A DNA stretch of 64,000 bases from Candidatus Parvarchaeota archaeon (GCA_023380615.1 JAMCRO010000019.1:1706-65705); one strand, 5' to 3'; numbered from the stretch's first letter, positions 39,169 through 49,029 are shown. Translations and numbers: made by a program. Notes: a model not told the origin generated them from the letters alone.

Positions 39169-39564
39169 TTACTTATTTTTCTTTTTTGTTTTAAGAAATT
39201 TTATATAGCTAAGAAAGGATTTTGGATGATCTATACTTGTAAACGTTACAAAAAAGCAAGCAAGTGCCAAAATTGCGATGCCACTTAAAAGCTCCCAAAT
39301 ACTCAAAGGATTAATAAAAAAACTGACTATAAAAGCAGATATGAAGCCTATAGCCAGAGAACTGCCTGCTATCACAAGAAACAAAAATGCAAGTATGTAC
39401 CTTTTTGGATTATTAAACATGTACGTACCAAAAAACTTGTTTGCTTCTTCTCTGGAACCATATTTATAAGAAGATAACATAAAATAAACAAAGCCTAAAG
39501 TAGACACTAAAATTATTGCTCCTGAAATAATCCCAACTAAGCCAAATACTTCGTTTTCTATCAT
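39169..39564 (-). CDS. 3-TM membrane protein, second gene of pair copy 1
   Basis: ATGA overlap with 39561..39926; three hydrophobic helices. Confidence 0.75.
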   Translation of the reverse strand: MIENEVFGLVGIISGAIILVSTLGFVYFMLSSYKYGSREEANKFFGTYMFNNPKRYILAFLFLVIAGSSLAIGFISAFIVSFFINPLSIWELLSGIAILALACFFVTFTSIDHPKSFLSYIKFLKTKKKNK

Positions 39565-39926
39565 ATAAATCTTTTAAACCTCGTATACCAAAAATGCATA
39601 TCCAATATAATGAAAACCGAAGCAATTACAGCAAAAATAAAACCCAAAAAGAATGTGGAATACTGCAAAATCGTTGTTGGATTAAACCCTCCGTCAAGAA
39701 AATCCGAAAAAGCCATTAAACCTGTAAGAAAGGCAAATAAACCGGCAAATACAAAGTAAGGAGTTCTTATTTTTTCCGGATTTAAAAGATAACTTAACAA
39801 GGGGGCCTTGTCCTTTTTATGTTTTATCAGCGCTCTTAATATTATCATGCCGTAGTAAACCGCAAAAATGCCCAGTACGCTTAGTAGTCCGAAAATTACT
39901 TCATCTGCTGTTTTAAGGTATAACAT
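39561..39926 (-). CDS. 3-TM membrane protein with KHKKDKAPL motif, first gene of pair copy 1
   Basis: Motif and C-terminal W...F.RF shared with 48123..48470 and 49328..49693. Confidence 0.8.
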   Translation of the reverse strand: MLYLKTADEVIFGLLSVLGIFAVYYGMIILRALIKHKKDKAPLLSYLLNPEKIRTPYFVFAGLFAFLTGLMAFSDFLDGGFNPTTILQYSTFFLGFIFAVIASVFIILDMHFWYTRFKRFI

Positions 39927-40327
39927 TAAATCACCATATAATAAGCAATTAAGGTAAGGATTATTGTAAGCGCCGCTGCAGATATTAGTGAATAAGCAAT
40001 TAAAATTCCTGCTTTCTTTAAGTCTATACTATGCGAGAGTTTATTCTTTATTGAACCTTTTTTAGTATCGGAAAATACATAAATCCCTGCAATGGCATTT
40101 GCAACACAGAATCTTTTGTATCCCTGATAAAAGCCGATAAACCCCAAAAAAAGCGGAAATATCAATAGAATAAAAAACAGATAGTCCGCTTTAAATAACG
40201 AAAAAAATGCAGAGAGTATTGCAGCCACAACGAAACCGACAAGCCCTGCCAGGTACCTTTTTCTTACCTCGTTAGGTCCGATATTACACCTTCCTGGAGA
40301 ATACTTGTTCATTTCGGTTTCTTTCAT
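39926..40327 (-). CDS. Conserved-looking 3-TM hypothetical protein
   Basis: Y.PG.CNIGP.E.R.R and Q....FCV motifs; TAATG overlap with the next gene. Confidence 0.75.
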   Translation of the reverse strand: MKETEMNKYSPGRCNIGPNEVRKRYLAGLVGFVVAAILSAFFSLFKADYLFFILLIFPLFLGFIGFYQGYKRFCVANAIAGIYVFSDTKKGSIKNKLSHSIDLKKAGILIAYSLISAAALTIILTLIAYYMVI

Positions 40328-40421
40328 AATAATACTAATGTTTAGAGGTTAATAAACTGTTTGAAGTCTTGAATAAAGAAAACTAGCTTTTATAGCGAAG
40401 TGACTCATGATATAAGATAAG

Positions 40422-41222
40422 TTATAAATTCTTTATTTCATTGTAAAGAGCATCAATTGAATGCGCTTTTTCATTTGATCTGTACTGCTCTTCTGTTTTT
40501 TTATCCTGGTTGTTCATTATCCAAATGGAATCTATTCTATTTTCATTGGCCATTTTTATATCGGTATTTATCCTGTCTCCTATTATCAGCATTTTATCCC
40601 GTTTAATTTTATATTTTTTGATAATATAATCTACGGTAGACTTAAACGGTTTTCCGAATGTATAATCTGGGCCCTTCTTTACGGCCTGCGTTATAAGATT
40701 TATTATCAGGCCTGCATCAGGTATCTCCTTTCCTCCTTTGTAAGGACACAAAGGGTCATTATGTGTAAGCAGAAATTTAATTCCATTGTTTATATGATCT
40801 ATGTTTCTTCTTAATTTTTCATAAGTTAAATCTACGTCGAATCCGACTATCACTATTTCCGGCCTTTCCTTATCAAATACAAATCCTTTCGATAAAAGTT
40901 CCCCCAAAAAGTCATTGGAGATTACGCCATCAAATCTTTTTATCCCTTTTTTAATTAAAAAAGCCTCCACCAAATCATTTGGAAGCAGCAGCTGCTCTTC
41001 CTTTAGCTTAATTTTGAACATCTTACCCAGAAACCTTAACCTTTTTTCCTTGCTTTCCGAATCATTGTTGCTTAGAATTATGAACTTCTTGTTCATTTGT
41101 ATCAATTTACTTAAAAAAGCAGAAGAGGATGAAAATGGCTTGTCCCAAAGATATAAAGTACCATCTCCGTCCAAAAGGAATAGCTCTTTGCCTTTTATAA
41201 GCTCTTTTAGGTTGTTGTCCAT
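40422..41222 (-). CDS. HAD-IIA phosphatase (NagD-like)
   Basis: LLDGDGTLY, SNN, GKP, IGDRINTDI. Confidence 0.92.
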   Translation of the reverse strand: MDNNLKELIKGKELFLLDGDGTLYLWDKPFSSSSAFLSKLIQMNKKFIILSNNDSESKEKRLRFLGKMFKIKLKEEQLLLPNDLVEAFLIKKGIKRFDGVISNDFLGELLSKGFVFDKERPEIVIVGFDVDLTYEKLRRNIDHINNGIKFLLTHNDPLCPYKGGKEIPDAGLIINLITQAVKKGPDYTFGKPFKSTVDYIIKKYKIKRDKMLIIGDRINTDIKMANENRIDSIWIMNNQDKKTEEQYRSNEKAHSIDALYNEIKNL

Positions 41223-41259
41223 TTATTTTAACATCTCAGTCCGTACTTTTATAATTATT

Positions 41260-42459
41260 CTAATTGCCACTACCTTTCTTTAAAAGAAACACCGGAACTG
41301 CAATTCCAAGTGACACTGCTCCGAATAAAAATAGTATGAGCATTGACGGCCATACAGAACTTATGGGCGCATTGAAAATCACTACCTGCCTGAAAGCCTG
41401 AACTCCATAAGTCAAAGGAAGAGCCCTCGCTATGTCTGCTATTACCCCGGGCAATTCTTGTAAAGGATAAAGAACTCCGCTTAAAAACAGCATTGGAAAG
41501 AAAACTAGGTTTAGCAATAACTGCGAGGTTTCCTGATCTTTTGTCAGCGCTGTTACTAAAAGCCCTAAACCAAGAAAACCGAATATCCCCAGTATAAGTA
41601 TAACGGCAGTAAGCAAGATATTTCCGTTAAAACTCATGTGGAATAAAAGGATTACGAGTATTACTATCACGGCAGACTGTATCAAGCTTCTTATCAACTG
41701 TGAAAGCATCTTTCCTGTAAGAAAAGAACCGGTTCTTATAGGAGAAAGCATAACAGCCGTTATTGTGCCGTCTTCCTTTTCCCTGCTTAATGCAGAACCT
41801 AAAGCGGTTAACCCCGCCATCATGCTCAGCAGCATTATCAAACCAGGGCCTATAAAATCGAAATAATTACCTGAAAGTATGGGAAGAGAGCTTACAACTA
41901 CCGGAGAAATAACAAATTCAGGGTTTATTTTAGGTAAGCCAACCAGCTCTGAATTTAATTTATACACTGTTCCGTTGACGATTTCAGCAGAGAGAACACT
42001 TGACGCTGCCGATACCTTAGCATCTATATACTCCTCTAATGTCGGGGAAGTAGGATTTGTATTTGATAAGGAAAGGGTAGGCTGTCCGGAAAGGCTCGTG
42101 CTTGTGAAATTTTGGGGAAAGTACAGTATGGAATCGATTGTGCCGCTCCTTAAGGCGGATTCTGCCAAAGCCAAAGAAGAATAATTATCGAATGAAATGC
42201 TGGAATTGTACTTTACAAGAGACATGAAGGAATTACTTAAGTAAACTGTCTGACCGTTCAAAGTAAAGCCGCTGTCATTGTTTACTATGCCTATGTGAAC
42301 GCCATTGAAGCTGGAAGAAGACGGAAACATGAACCCAAAAAGCATGATTATAAGTATTGGAAATACAAACATCATTGCAAGCCTAAACGGCGTTCTGTAA
42401 AGCTCAGTTAAATCTCTTTTGGCTATAATAAACGCATCGGTTAACGCCTTTAATACCAT
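41260..42459 (-). CDS. ABC-2 type exporter permease
   Basis: N-terminal TM, large ectodomain, REKEDGT, FLSGVLYP, LPLTY. Confidence 0.92.
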   Translation of the reverse strand: MVLKALTDAFIIAKRDLTELYRTPFRLAMMFVFPILIIMLFGFMFPSSSSFNGVHIGIVNNDSGFTLNGQTVYLSNSFMSLVKYNSSISFDNYSSLALAESALRSGTIDSILYFPQNFTSTSLSGQPTLSLSNTNPTSPTLEEYIDAKVSAASSVLSAEIVNGTVYKLNSELVGLPKINPEFVISPVVVSSLPILSGNYFDFIGPGLIMLLSMMAGLTALGSALSREKEDGTITAVMLSPIRTGSFLTGKMLSQLIRSLIQSAVIVILVILLFHMSFNGNILLTAVILILGIFGFLGLGLLVTALTKDQETSQLLLNLVFFPMLFLSGVLYPLQELPGVIADIARALPLTYGVQAFRQVVIFNAPISSVWPSMLILFLFGAVSLGIAVPVFLLKKGSGN

Positions 42460-43238
42460 TACATGCCCCTCCTCGGTGCGAGACTCATCTTTTCAGTCTC
42501 ATCTCTCAATTCAGCACCTGCATAGTGTATGAACACGTTTTCTAATGTTGCATTTCTCCCAAGTTTTTTCTTCAGATTCCTAGGAGTATCACAGGCCATT
42601 AAATTGCCGTGATCTATCAATGCGACCCTGTCGGAAAGTTCGTCCGCATCCTGCATTATATGCGTCGTAAGTATTATCGTGCTTCCCCTTTTGTTTATGT
42701 CCCTTATTTTTTTCTTTATAAATGAAACAGTTATCGGGTCTAAGCCAACAGTAGGTTCATCCAAAAAGAATACCTTTGGCTCGTTCAACAGCACTCTAAC
42801 CAAATCTAATCTCCTTTTCATACCCAAAGAAAATGTACCTACTGGCCTTTTTCTGAATTTTGACAGCTGGAACTCTTCTAAGCCTTCATTTATCCTCTGT
42901 TCAAGATCCTTCTTGTTTATTCCGTATAACCTTCCAAAAAACATCAAGTTCTCCTCTGCAGTAAGCGGTGGATACATAGTGACTTTTTCTGTTATAACCC
43001 CTATGGACTTTCTAACTTCCAATGCCTCTTTTATTACGTCATGTCCGAGTACAGATGCATGTCCGCTTGTCGGCTTTATCAAAGTAGTAAGCATGCTTAT
43101 CAAAGTGGTTTTTCCCGCTCCATTGGGGCCGAGAATACCAAATATCTCTCCCTCTTTCACCTTTAAACTTATCGCATTATCGGCAGTAAAATCTCCGAAT
43201 TTTTTTGTCAATTTGTCTGCGATTATAGAGTATTCCAT
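42459..43238 (-). CDS. ABC exporter ATP-binding protein (DrrA-like)
   Basis: [25 protein letters not shown]. Confidence 0.95.
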   Translation of the reverse strand: MEYSIIADKLTKKFGDFTADNAISLKVKEGEIFGILGPNGAGKTTLISMLTTLIKPTSGHASVLGHDVIKEALEVRKSIGVITEKVTMYPPLTAEENLMFFGRLYGINKKDLEQRINEGLEEFQLSKFRKRPVGTFSLGMKRRLDLVRVLLNEPKVFFLDEPTVGLDPITVSFIKKKIRDINKRGSTIILTTHIMQDADELSDRVALIDHGNLMACDTPRNLKKKLGRNATLENVFIHYAGAELRDETEKMSLAPRRGM

Positions 43239-43240
43239 GA

Positions 43241-43495
43241 TTATTCTGCTTTAAGCCATTTCCTAGATAAAAATGCTCCTACCCCTAAAAATAAAAAGCA
43301 AAAAATGACCAAATACGGGAGAAACAGGAAGTTTGTAGGAGTAAGCAGCTTTATAGTGGTGGTTTTTCCTGCCCCATTCGGGCCAAGCAAGCCGAATATT
43401 TCACCTTTCTTAACAGTAAATGAAATGTCATCTACGGCCTTAAAATTGCCGTAACTTTTGCTAAGATTTCTTACATCTACTGTTATTTCATCCAT
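43241..43495 (-). pseudogene. Chimeric remnant: N-terminal 52 aa of an ABC ATPase fused to a permease-like C-terminal helix
   Basis: [18 protein letters not shown] followed directly by [32 protein letters not shown]. Confidence 0.7.
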
Positions 43496-43496
43496 A

Positions 43497-44015
43497 TCAC
43501 TTTAGTAAACTATGCAACCTGTCCTCTATCATCTTTAATGCTTTCTTGTTTTCCTTGCTGAGAATCTTTTCCTTTTCCGATATAAACTCAGATAAGTTAT
43601 CTAAAGTTTCTATGGTCTCATCTATGCTTGTTCCCTCATCTTTATTCATGAAGGAAGAAGCGGATCTCCATGGGAACCAGGAGCTGTCCAGATACTCTTT
43701 TCCTTTTTCAGTAACTGAGTAATATTTTTTATTGTCCTTCTGTTCTACTTTCACAAAACCGCTTTCTGATAGGTATTTTAATATAGAGTATATACTTCCG
43801 GGAGAAGGCCTCCAGAAACCAAAGCTCATTTCATATATCTTGTCTATCATCTGTGCACCGGTCATTTTTTCCTTTGAAACCAGCATCAATATCCAATATT
43901 TTATACCGAAACCGCGGCTTATGCCGTGCATTGAGTGTGCAAGTTTATGTACCATATTCGGGTCTATATTGAATCCAAAGTTTACTTCATTAAAATCATC
44001 TTCTTTGTTTTTCAT
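43497..44015 (-). CDS. PadR-family transcriptional regulator
   Basis: [11 protein letters not shown]...[10 protein letters not shown]; GGTGG SD before ATG 44015. Confidence 0.9.
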   Translation of the reverse strand: MKNKEDDFNEVNFGFNIDPNMVHKLAHSMHGISRGFGIKYWILMLVSKEKMTGAQMIDKIYEMSFGFWRPSPGSIYSILKYLSESGFVKVEQKDNKKYYSVTEKGKEYLDSSWFPWRSASSFMNKDEGTSIDETIETLDNLSEFISEKEKILSKENKKALKMIEDRLHSLLK

Positions 44016-44140
44016 ATTTTCCACCTTTAATATCGTTTTACGATATCTATTAAAGATATCTTTTATATTTAAATACTTTTCTGCCACAATATTTAAAAAA
44101 TTTATATACTATAACTGTGTTATAACTACTGGGTGATTTT

Positions 44141-44761
44141 ATGGCAAACTACGATGATCAGTATGAAGTGCAAAAATTAAATTATAAATCCTTAGAGGGA
44201 TTTTCTGAGAAACAGATAAGTTTCCACCATGATGTACATTATGCAGGCTACGTTAAAAAGAGAAACGAAGTACACAGCAAGCTAAAAACCGTTGATAAAG
44301 CGGCCGCAAATGCAAATTACAGCGAGTTTAGATCATTGAAAAAGGAGGAGACATTCAATGCAAGCGGACAGCTGCTCCATGAACTGTATTTTGAAATGTT
44401 TGGCGGAGACGGAAAATATTCTGAGGATATGCCGCTTATAAAAAAGATAAATGAAGACTTCGGCAGCTTTGAAAATTTCAAGTTAGATATGATGGCAACG
44501 GCCAAGGCGGCTAGAGGTTGGGCTATACTTTCAATAGACCCTACTGATAACAAGCTTAGGAATTTTTTGGCAGATGTACATAATGACGGAGCCGTATGGG
44601 GCTCAATACCTATAATAGCTTTAGACGTTTATGAACACGCTTTTTACGTCGATTATGGTCCTGACAAAGCCAAGTATTTGGAGCCGTTTTTCAATAATTT
44701 GGACTGGAAAAAGCTAAATGAAAGGTTTGTTAAATTCCAGAACGTTTACAAAAAGCAGTAA
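44141..44761 (+). CDS. sod: Fe/Mn superoxide dismutase
   Basis: HHDVHYAGYV, LHELYF, DVYEHAFYVDY. Confidence 0.95.
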   Translation: MANYDDQYEVQKLNYKSLEGFSEKQISFHHDVHYAGYVKKRNEVHSKLKTVDKAAANANYSEFRSLKKEETFNASGQLLHELYFEMFGGDGKYSEDMPLIKKINEDFGSFENFKLDMMATAKAARGWAILSIDPTDNKLRNFLADVHNDGAVWGSIPIIALDVYEHAFYVDYGPDKAKYLEPFFNNLDWKKLNERFVKFQNVYKKQ

Positions 44762-44783
44762 TTAATGAAGATTGCTTAGGGGT

Positions 44784-45080
44784 TTACTCTTCAAGTCCGT
44801 GTATTCTATAAGACAAACTTAAGGAATACTTGTTTGCAAGGTCACTAAGCTTAGTTTTTAATTCGTATTTGTTTGAAAGCGTATAAAAATTAATATCAAT
44901 TGCAACCATTTTAGGATTAAAAACCTTGTAGCTTGAAGAGTAAACCAATGAATCCTTCTCCAAAAAGCTTTTAAAATCATTGGCTTTCGAAAAAACATCC
45001 AAATTCGGTTTTCCAAACAAAGTTAAACTGCAATCAAAGAGTAGCTCTTCCAGCCGCTCATTTTTTGGGTTTTGTACCAT
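44784..45080 (-). CDS. Hypothetical protein
   Basis: ORF overlapping the upstream gene end; start at MVQNPK preferred. Confidence 0.55.
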   Translation of the reverse strand: MVQNPKNERLEELLFDCSLTLFGKPNLDVFSKANDFKSFLEKDSLVYSSSYKVFNPKMVAIDINFYTLSNKYELKTKLSDLANKYSLSLSYRIHGLEE

Positions 45081-45453
45081 TGTCCTGCTTAAAAAGAATT
45101 TTGTATACATGAGCTACAGTATAGCCATATATCCCTGTTTTGACCTGCCTTTTGTCGTTAAAGTCTATGCTAAAACGGCTGTATTCTACTTTTTTAAGGC
45201 CTTTTTCGAAAATAGAATGCATATACTCCTTAGTAACTCCTTTCAGCTCTTCGGTGTTGAGAATATAAGAATAATCCAATACACTTTTATGGCCGTTTTC
45301 AAGGATATACGAAAGCTCCTCTAAAATCTTGGAATATTGCCTGCCAAATACTTTTTTAGACATCTCTTCAGTGGAAACACTGCACAGCTCCTCTAAAGCA
45401 TGCCCGTATTTGCTGTTATTTGCCTGCCCCCTGCTTGCTTTTTTATTTTGCAT
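45058..45453 (-). CDS. Hypothetical protein
   Basis: 131-aa ORF with an upstream TATA-like element. Confidence 0.6.
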   Translation of the reverse strand: MQNKKASRGQANNSKYGHALEELCSVSTEEMSKKVFGRQYSKILEELSYILENGHKSVLDYSYILNTEELKGVTKEYMHSIFEKGLKKVEYSRFSIDFNDKRQVKTGIYGYTVAHVYKILFKQDNGTKPKK

Positions 45454-45493
45454 AAAGCTCTATTAGATAAACGCTCTTATTAATACTTTTTTG

Positions 45494-46219
45494 TTATGAC
45501 ATGGGTTTTATGTTACTGCCCTTCCCCTTATTAAAGGAGTAATCAATTGAATTAAACATGTCCATAAAATCCGTAAATTCTATGGCCCTGCCATAAAATG
45601 CTATTGCAATGCTTGCTTTGTCTCTTAAAGAGAAAAGATTAAAATCGGTGTATGCCTTTGGATCCTGTCCGCTTTTCAACGTTTTCTTATACAGCAAGGA
45701 CTTTGCCTTTCTCGGGTCTAAGTACTTTTTGAAGCCATATGAAAAAAGACATGCATAATTTGCGTTTACAGAATGGACATAATCAAGCTTTGGAAGTCTG
45801 TTTGAAAGACTCACTTCATCTTTTAGTATCTTGTTTCTTGTATTGATAATGCTGTCATATTTTTTCCCCCACACATTACTTGCGCATAGGTCTTTCCCTG
45901 AATCCAATACTTTGTATATAGCTTCAAGCTCGTAGTCCTTCATTGCCTGAAGTTCTTTGTAGCTATTACTTACCATAAAAGACAAGTTCTTTTCAAGCGA
46001 ATTGAAATGATTGATATAACCGGAGAAAAATGGGCGCTTTTTCTTGTCTATTACCTGCTTGTATACACTTTTGTCTCCGCTTTTTGCATAAAAATTAAGT
46101 AATGATTCGGACATTATAGGCCCGAGCTCGGATAACAATTTATACAGATTAGAATCTTGATCTACCTCTTTGTAAGTTTCAACGTAGTTTGCTTCTTTTT
46201 TAGGGAATAAAACCTTCAT
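45494..46219 (-). CDS. Hypothetical Lys/Tyr-rich protein
   Basis: 241-aa ORF starting 6 nt after the upstream stop. Confidence 0.7.
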   Translation of the reverse strand: MKVLFPKKEANYVETYKEVDQDSNLYKLLSELGPIMSESLLNFYAKSGDKSVYKQVIDKKKRPFFSGYINHFNSLEKNLSFMVSNSYKELQAMKDYELEAIYKVLDSGKDLCASNVWGKKYDSIINTRNKILKDEVSLSNRLPKLDYVHSVNANYACLFSYGFKKYLDPRKAKSLLYKKTLKSGQDPKAYTDFNLFSLRDKASIAIAFYGRAIEFTDFMDMFNSIDYSFNKGKGSNIKPMS

Positions 46220-46225
46220 ATGGAG

Positions 46226-47134
46226 TTACCTTATCCTGAATCCCGGATAAAGCGATTTGTATTTTTCAGTATACTTGTTAATTAGCATGCCCTGTTTAAA
46301 CTCTGCTAATTTTATACTGCGGTTTATTGACTTAACCCTGTGCTCGTCAGATGCAAAAAAGTGTGATTTTACATCTTGCTTGTTGATTGGATTTATGAAC
46401 CCTATTTTTGCTTTCTTATTTTCATCCCAATAAACGGTTATATTTTCAACGTAAAGATTATTATGCGATAATCCGTTCTGATTTATGTAGTTTACGGTCT
46501 CATTAATCTGATTCTTTATGTCTTTTAGTTCTTCCATCCTTTTTTTGTAAACATCTATCCTTGCCTGGTACTCTTTAAGGTACCTTTCACCATATGCAAG
46601 CCTTCTAATACCCTTCTTGAGTATAAACTTATTAAGTTCATCTCTTGGAATCAAATCCTGAAGAGAGGTTACCCTGCTTATGCTTTCAGCTATCAATTTT
46701 TCATCCCAGTCCTTGTAATTATTAAGATAATCCTGCAGAGAAACGGCCTTTGGAATGTAGCTTCTTACTTCACCACCCTCAAAAGACGTATTTATATAAC
46801 CAACTCTCCTGGATGAATCATCTACAATTAATGCAACAGGTTTTGGAAAGTTCTCGGGTTTCGCAGTGTAAAGGTCATTTAACAGTTTGTACTGCCTTGC
46901 AAAATAATCATCAAAAAAGCCAGTGTTATATAGGTTATTAAACTGAAGGTATTCTCTGCTTTTTACCTTTGGGAAGGAATCTGCTACACATCTTTCATTT
47001 ACTGACAGACCAGAATCATTGAAGTAATTTGAGCTCTTTACAAATTCCCTTTTCAAAGTTGGATTACCATCTGCATCGCTTTTATATGGTAGTGACTTAA
47101 GTAATTTTTCAATATCCGACGATTTCTTTGCCAT
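46226..47134 (-). CDS. Kinase-fold protein with degenerate catalytic residues (probable pseudokinase)
   Basis: FPKPVALI..VGYI, SLQDYL, INQNGLSHNNLYVENI (cf. H..G..HGDL...NI), IGFINP (cf. IDF/IDP). Confidence 0.55.
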   Translation of the reverse strand: MAKKSSDIEKLLKSLPYKSDADGNPTLKREFVKSSNYFNDSGLSVNERCVADSFPKVKSREYLQFNNLYNTGFFDDYFARQYKLLNDLYTAKPENFPKPVALIVDDSSRRVGYINTSFEGGEVRSYIPKAVSLQDYLNNYKDWDEKLIAESISRVTSLQDLIPRDELNKFILKKGIRRLAYGERYLKEYQARIDVYKKRMEELKDIKNQINETVNYINQNGLSHNNLYVENITVYWDENKKAKIGFINPINKQDVKSHFFASDEHRVKSINRSIKLAEFKQGMLINKYTEKYKSLYPGFRIR

Positions 47135-47162
47135 ATCATTAATTTAATTACTTTTTAATTGT

Positions 47163-47178
47163 AAATCATAGATGATTT
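47163..47178. promoter_or_regulatory. Perfect 7-2-7 inverted repeat AAATCAT-AG-ATGATTT, putative operator
   Basis: Lies between a TTTATA box (47183-47188, minus strand) and ATG 47134. Confidence 0.4.
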
Positions 47179-47241
47179 CTAATATAAATAGTTAACTGTT
47201 ATCGATATTTGACAAAGAATCATGGCTTTCAAAAAAGCAGC

Positions 47242-47757
47242 TCATCTAAAATAAGAGGCACTCTTGTAATCTGATAATCTAATACTAGTTGCCGCAACAA
47301 GTTTTTTAAAGGATTCTTTATCTAGATCTTTTATAACATCATAATTTAAGTATACTTTGTAATCACCTGAATTCAAAGGCTTTATGTAGGCGGCAGGCCT
47401 AACATTCCCATTAACTTTTACACCAAAGTATTCTCTCTCCAAATCAGGGTACCTTGTCCTGTAAACCCCTGACATGTAAAACAGAGGAACGCTGTCGTTC
47501 ATAGCATTACTACCATAGTCAGATACGCTACCGCTCTTTATTATATAATCACTTGATTTCCCTGGAAACTTTGAATCTTCCTTTCTTTTTCTTACGAGTT
47601 CAATTTTTATGTTCTTGAAATAATCCGATAAATCATTATAAGGAAATTTCAATATCTTTTCAGGATCTTCATTATTTAAATCATCAAGGATTACGTCTAG
47701 ATTTTTCCTCAATTTATCAAGGCCTTTGAACGCTTTATTTATATTTTTTCCTAACAT
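47242..47757 (-). CDS. Hypothetical protein
   Basis: 171-aa ORF with TTTATAA about 22 nt upstream. Confidence 0.7.
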   Translation of the reverse strand: MLGKNINKAFKGLDKLRKNLDVILDDLNNEDPEKILKFPYNDLSDYFKNIKIELVRKRKEDSKFPGKSSDYIIKSGSVSDYGSNAMNDSVPLFYMSGVYRTRYPDLEREYFGVKVNGNVRPAAYIKPLNSGDYKVYLNYDVIKDLDKESFKKLVAATSIRLSDYKSASYFR

Positions 47758-47808
47758 GCTTTTAAAAGAATACTAATCTTATAAAAGCTTTTCCATTTTA
47801 AATTAAAA

Positions 47809-48126
47809 TTAGTCCAGTTTATATTTCTTTGATATAATGCGGGTAATAGCAAAAAAGAAAAATGAAGTGCCTAAAGCATAAATTAATATGCCAAATAAAT
47901 CAGAAGTATTTGAAGAACTGAAGAACTGAAATATATAACCTATTAAAAATACAAAGTTCATCGACAGAAATATTATGAATACGTTAACAGAGTTCTTGTT
48001 AAGCCTTATCAGCTGAACTGCTTTCAAAGGATTTTTATAAAAGACAGATGTAAATCTTATTACAGATACTGCTATTAGTATACCTACAACCACAATAGTA
48101 ATTGCTTCATAAAGTTCGATGCTCAT
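47809..48126 (-). CDS. 3-TM membrane protein, second gene of pair copy 2
   Basis: ATGA overlap; MSI start and KNP after TM1, as in 49026..49331. Confidence 0.75.
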   Translation of the reverse strand: MSIELYEAITIVVVGILIAVSVIRFTSVFYKNPLKAVQLIRLNKNSVNVFIIFLSMNFVFLIGYIFQFFSSSNTSDLFGILIYALGTSFFFFAITRIISKKYKLD

Positions 48127-48470
48127 ATGTACCTAAGAAAAATTTTAGACCATCCCACTATTACGTAGCTAACCAAAAGATAAGTAACGGTCCCTAAAAG
48201 CTCTGCAGCCATCTTGATGTAGTCACTGCTGGTAAATGAACCAACGGAATAAACCGTAAAGACAACAATAAATAAAATAGAAGCGAATAAAAGAATTGAG
48301 AAATTATTCTTTGAATCCTTCTCATTTAATGCCCAACTAACCAAGGGGGCTTTGTCCCGCTTATGTTTGTAGAGTACATAGATGTTTATTCCACTTAGAA
48401 CAGAGATGATTAGTCCGTTTACTACTTCAAAGATTACCCAATACAAATGAAAATCTTGGTATAAAGCCAT
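48123..48470 (-). CDS. 3-TM membrane protein with KHKRDKAPL motif, first gene of pair copy 2
   Basis: Shared motif and C-terminal W...FLRYI. Confidence 0.8.
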   Translation of the reverse strand: MALYQDFHLYWVIFEVVNGLIISVLSGINIYVLYKHKRDKAPLVSWALNEKDSKNNFSILLFASILFIVVFTVYSVGSFTSSDYIKMAAELLGTVTYLLVSYVIVGWSKIFLRYI

Positions 48471-48582
48471 AGAGTATAGATTTAATGCAAGTATAAAAGT
48501 ATTTTTGTTTTGACAGTTTTGAAAAAAAATTTAGCTACTCTGAATAGATAATTATTTAAATAGAATTGTTCAATAATAATCA

Positions 48583-49029
48583 ATGAGAAAAAGCAGAAAA
48601 AAATTGGGTTTGTTCGAAGGTAACCTGGTTCCAGTAACTGGAAAGCATATTTTCGGCAACCTATATGACGTGGATGATTCTATTCTGAAAAACCTTGAAT
48701 ACCTGAAAGAATCGGTAATATCTGCGGCAAATGCTGGCAATCTTCATATAATAGACATAATGGAAAGACAGTTCAATACAATAAACTCTCCGGATATAGG
48801 TGGAGTATCAATAATTGCATTGATAGTTGAAAGCCACATATCATTGCATACCTGGCCTGAAAGCAGATATGCTACAGTAGATATATACTCTTGCGGGAAT
48901 GAAAGCAACCCTTCACTTGCATTTGATTACATTGTTTCGATGATGAAACCCAAAAGCTACAGAGTTTTCAGCGCGGACAGAAGCAATCCTTCAAGCGAAA
49001 ATGAAGCTAAGGTATTCAACGATTTTTAA
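48583..49029 (+). CDS. speH: Pyruvoyl-dependent S-adenosylmethionine decarboxylase proenzyme (SpeH class; arginine decarboxylase activity is possible in this fold)
   Basis: GKH, GGVS, ESHISLHTWPE, DIYSCG. Confidence 0.88.
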   Translation: MRKSRKKLGLFEGNLVPVTGKHIFGNLYDVDDSILKNLEYLKESVISAANAGNLHIIDIMERQFNTINSPDIGGVSIIALIVESHISLHTWPESRYATVDIYSCGNESNPSLAFDYIVSMMKPKSYRVFSADRSNPSSENEAKVFNDF

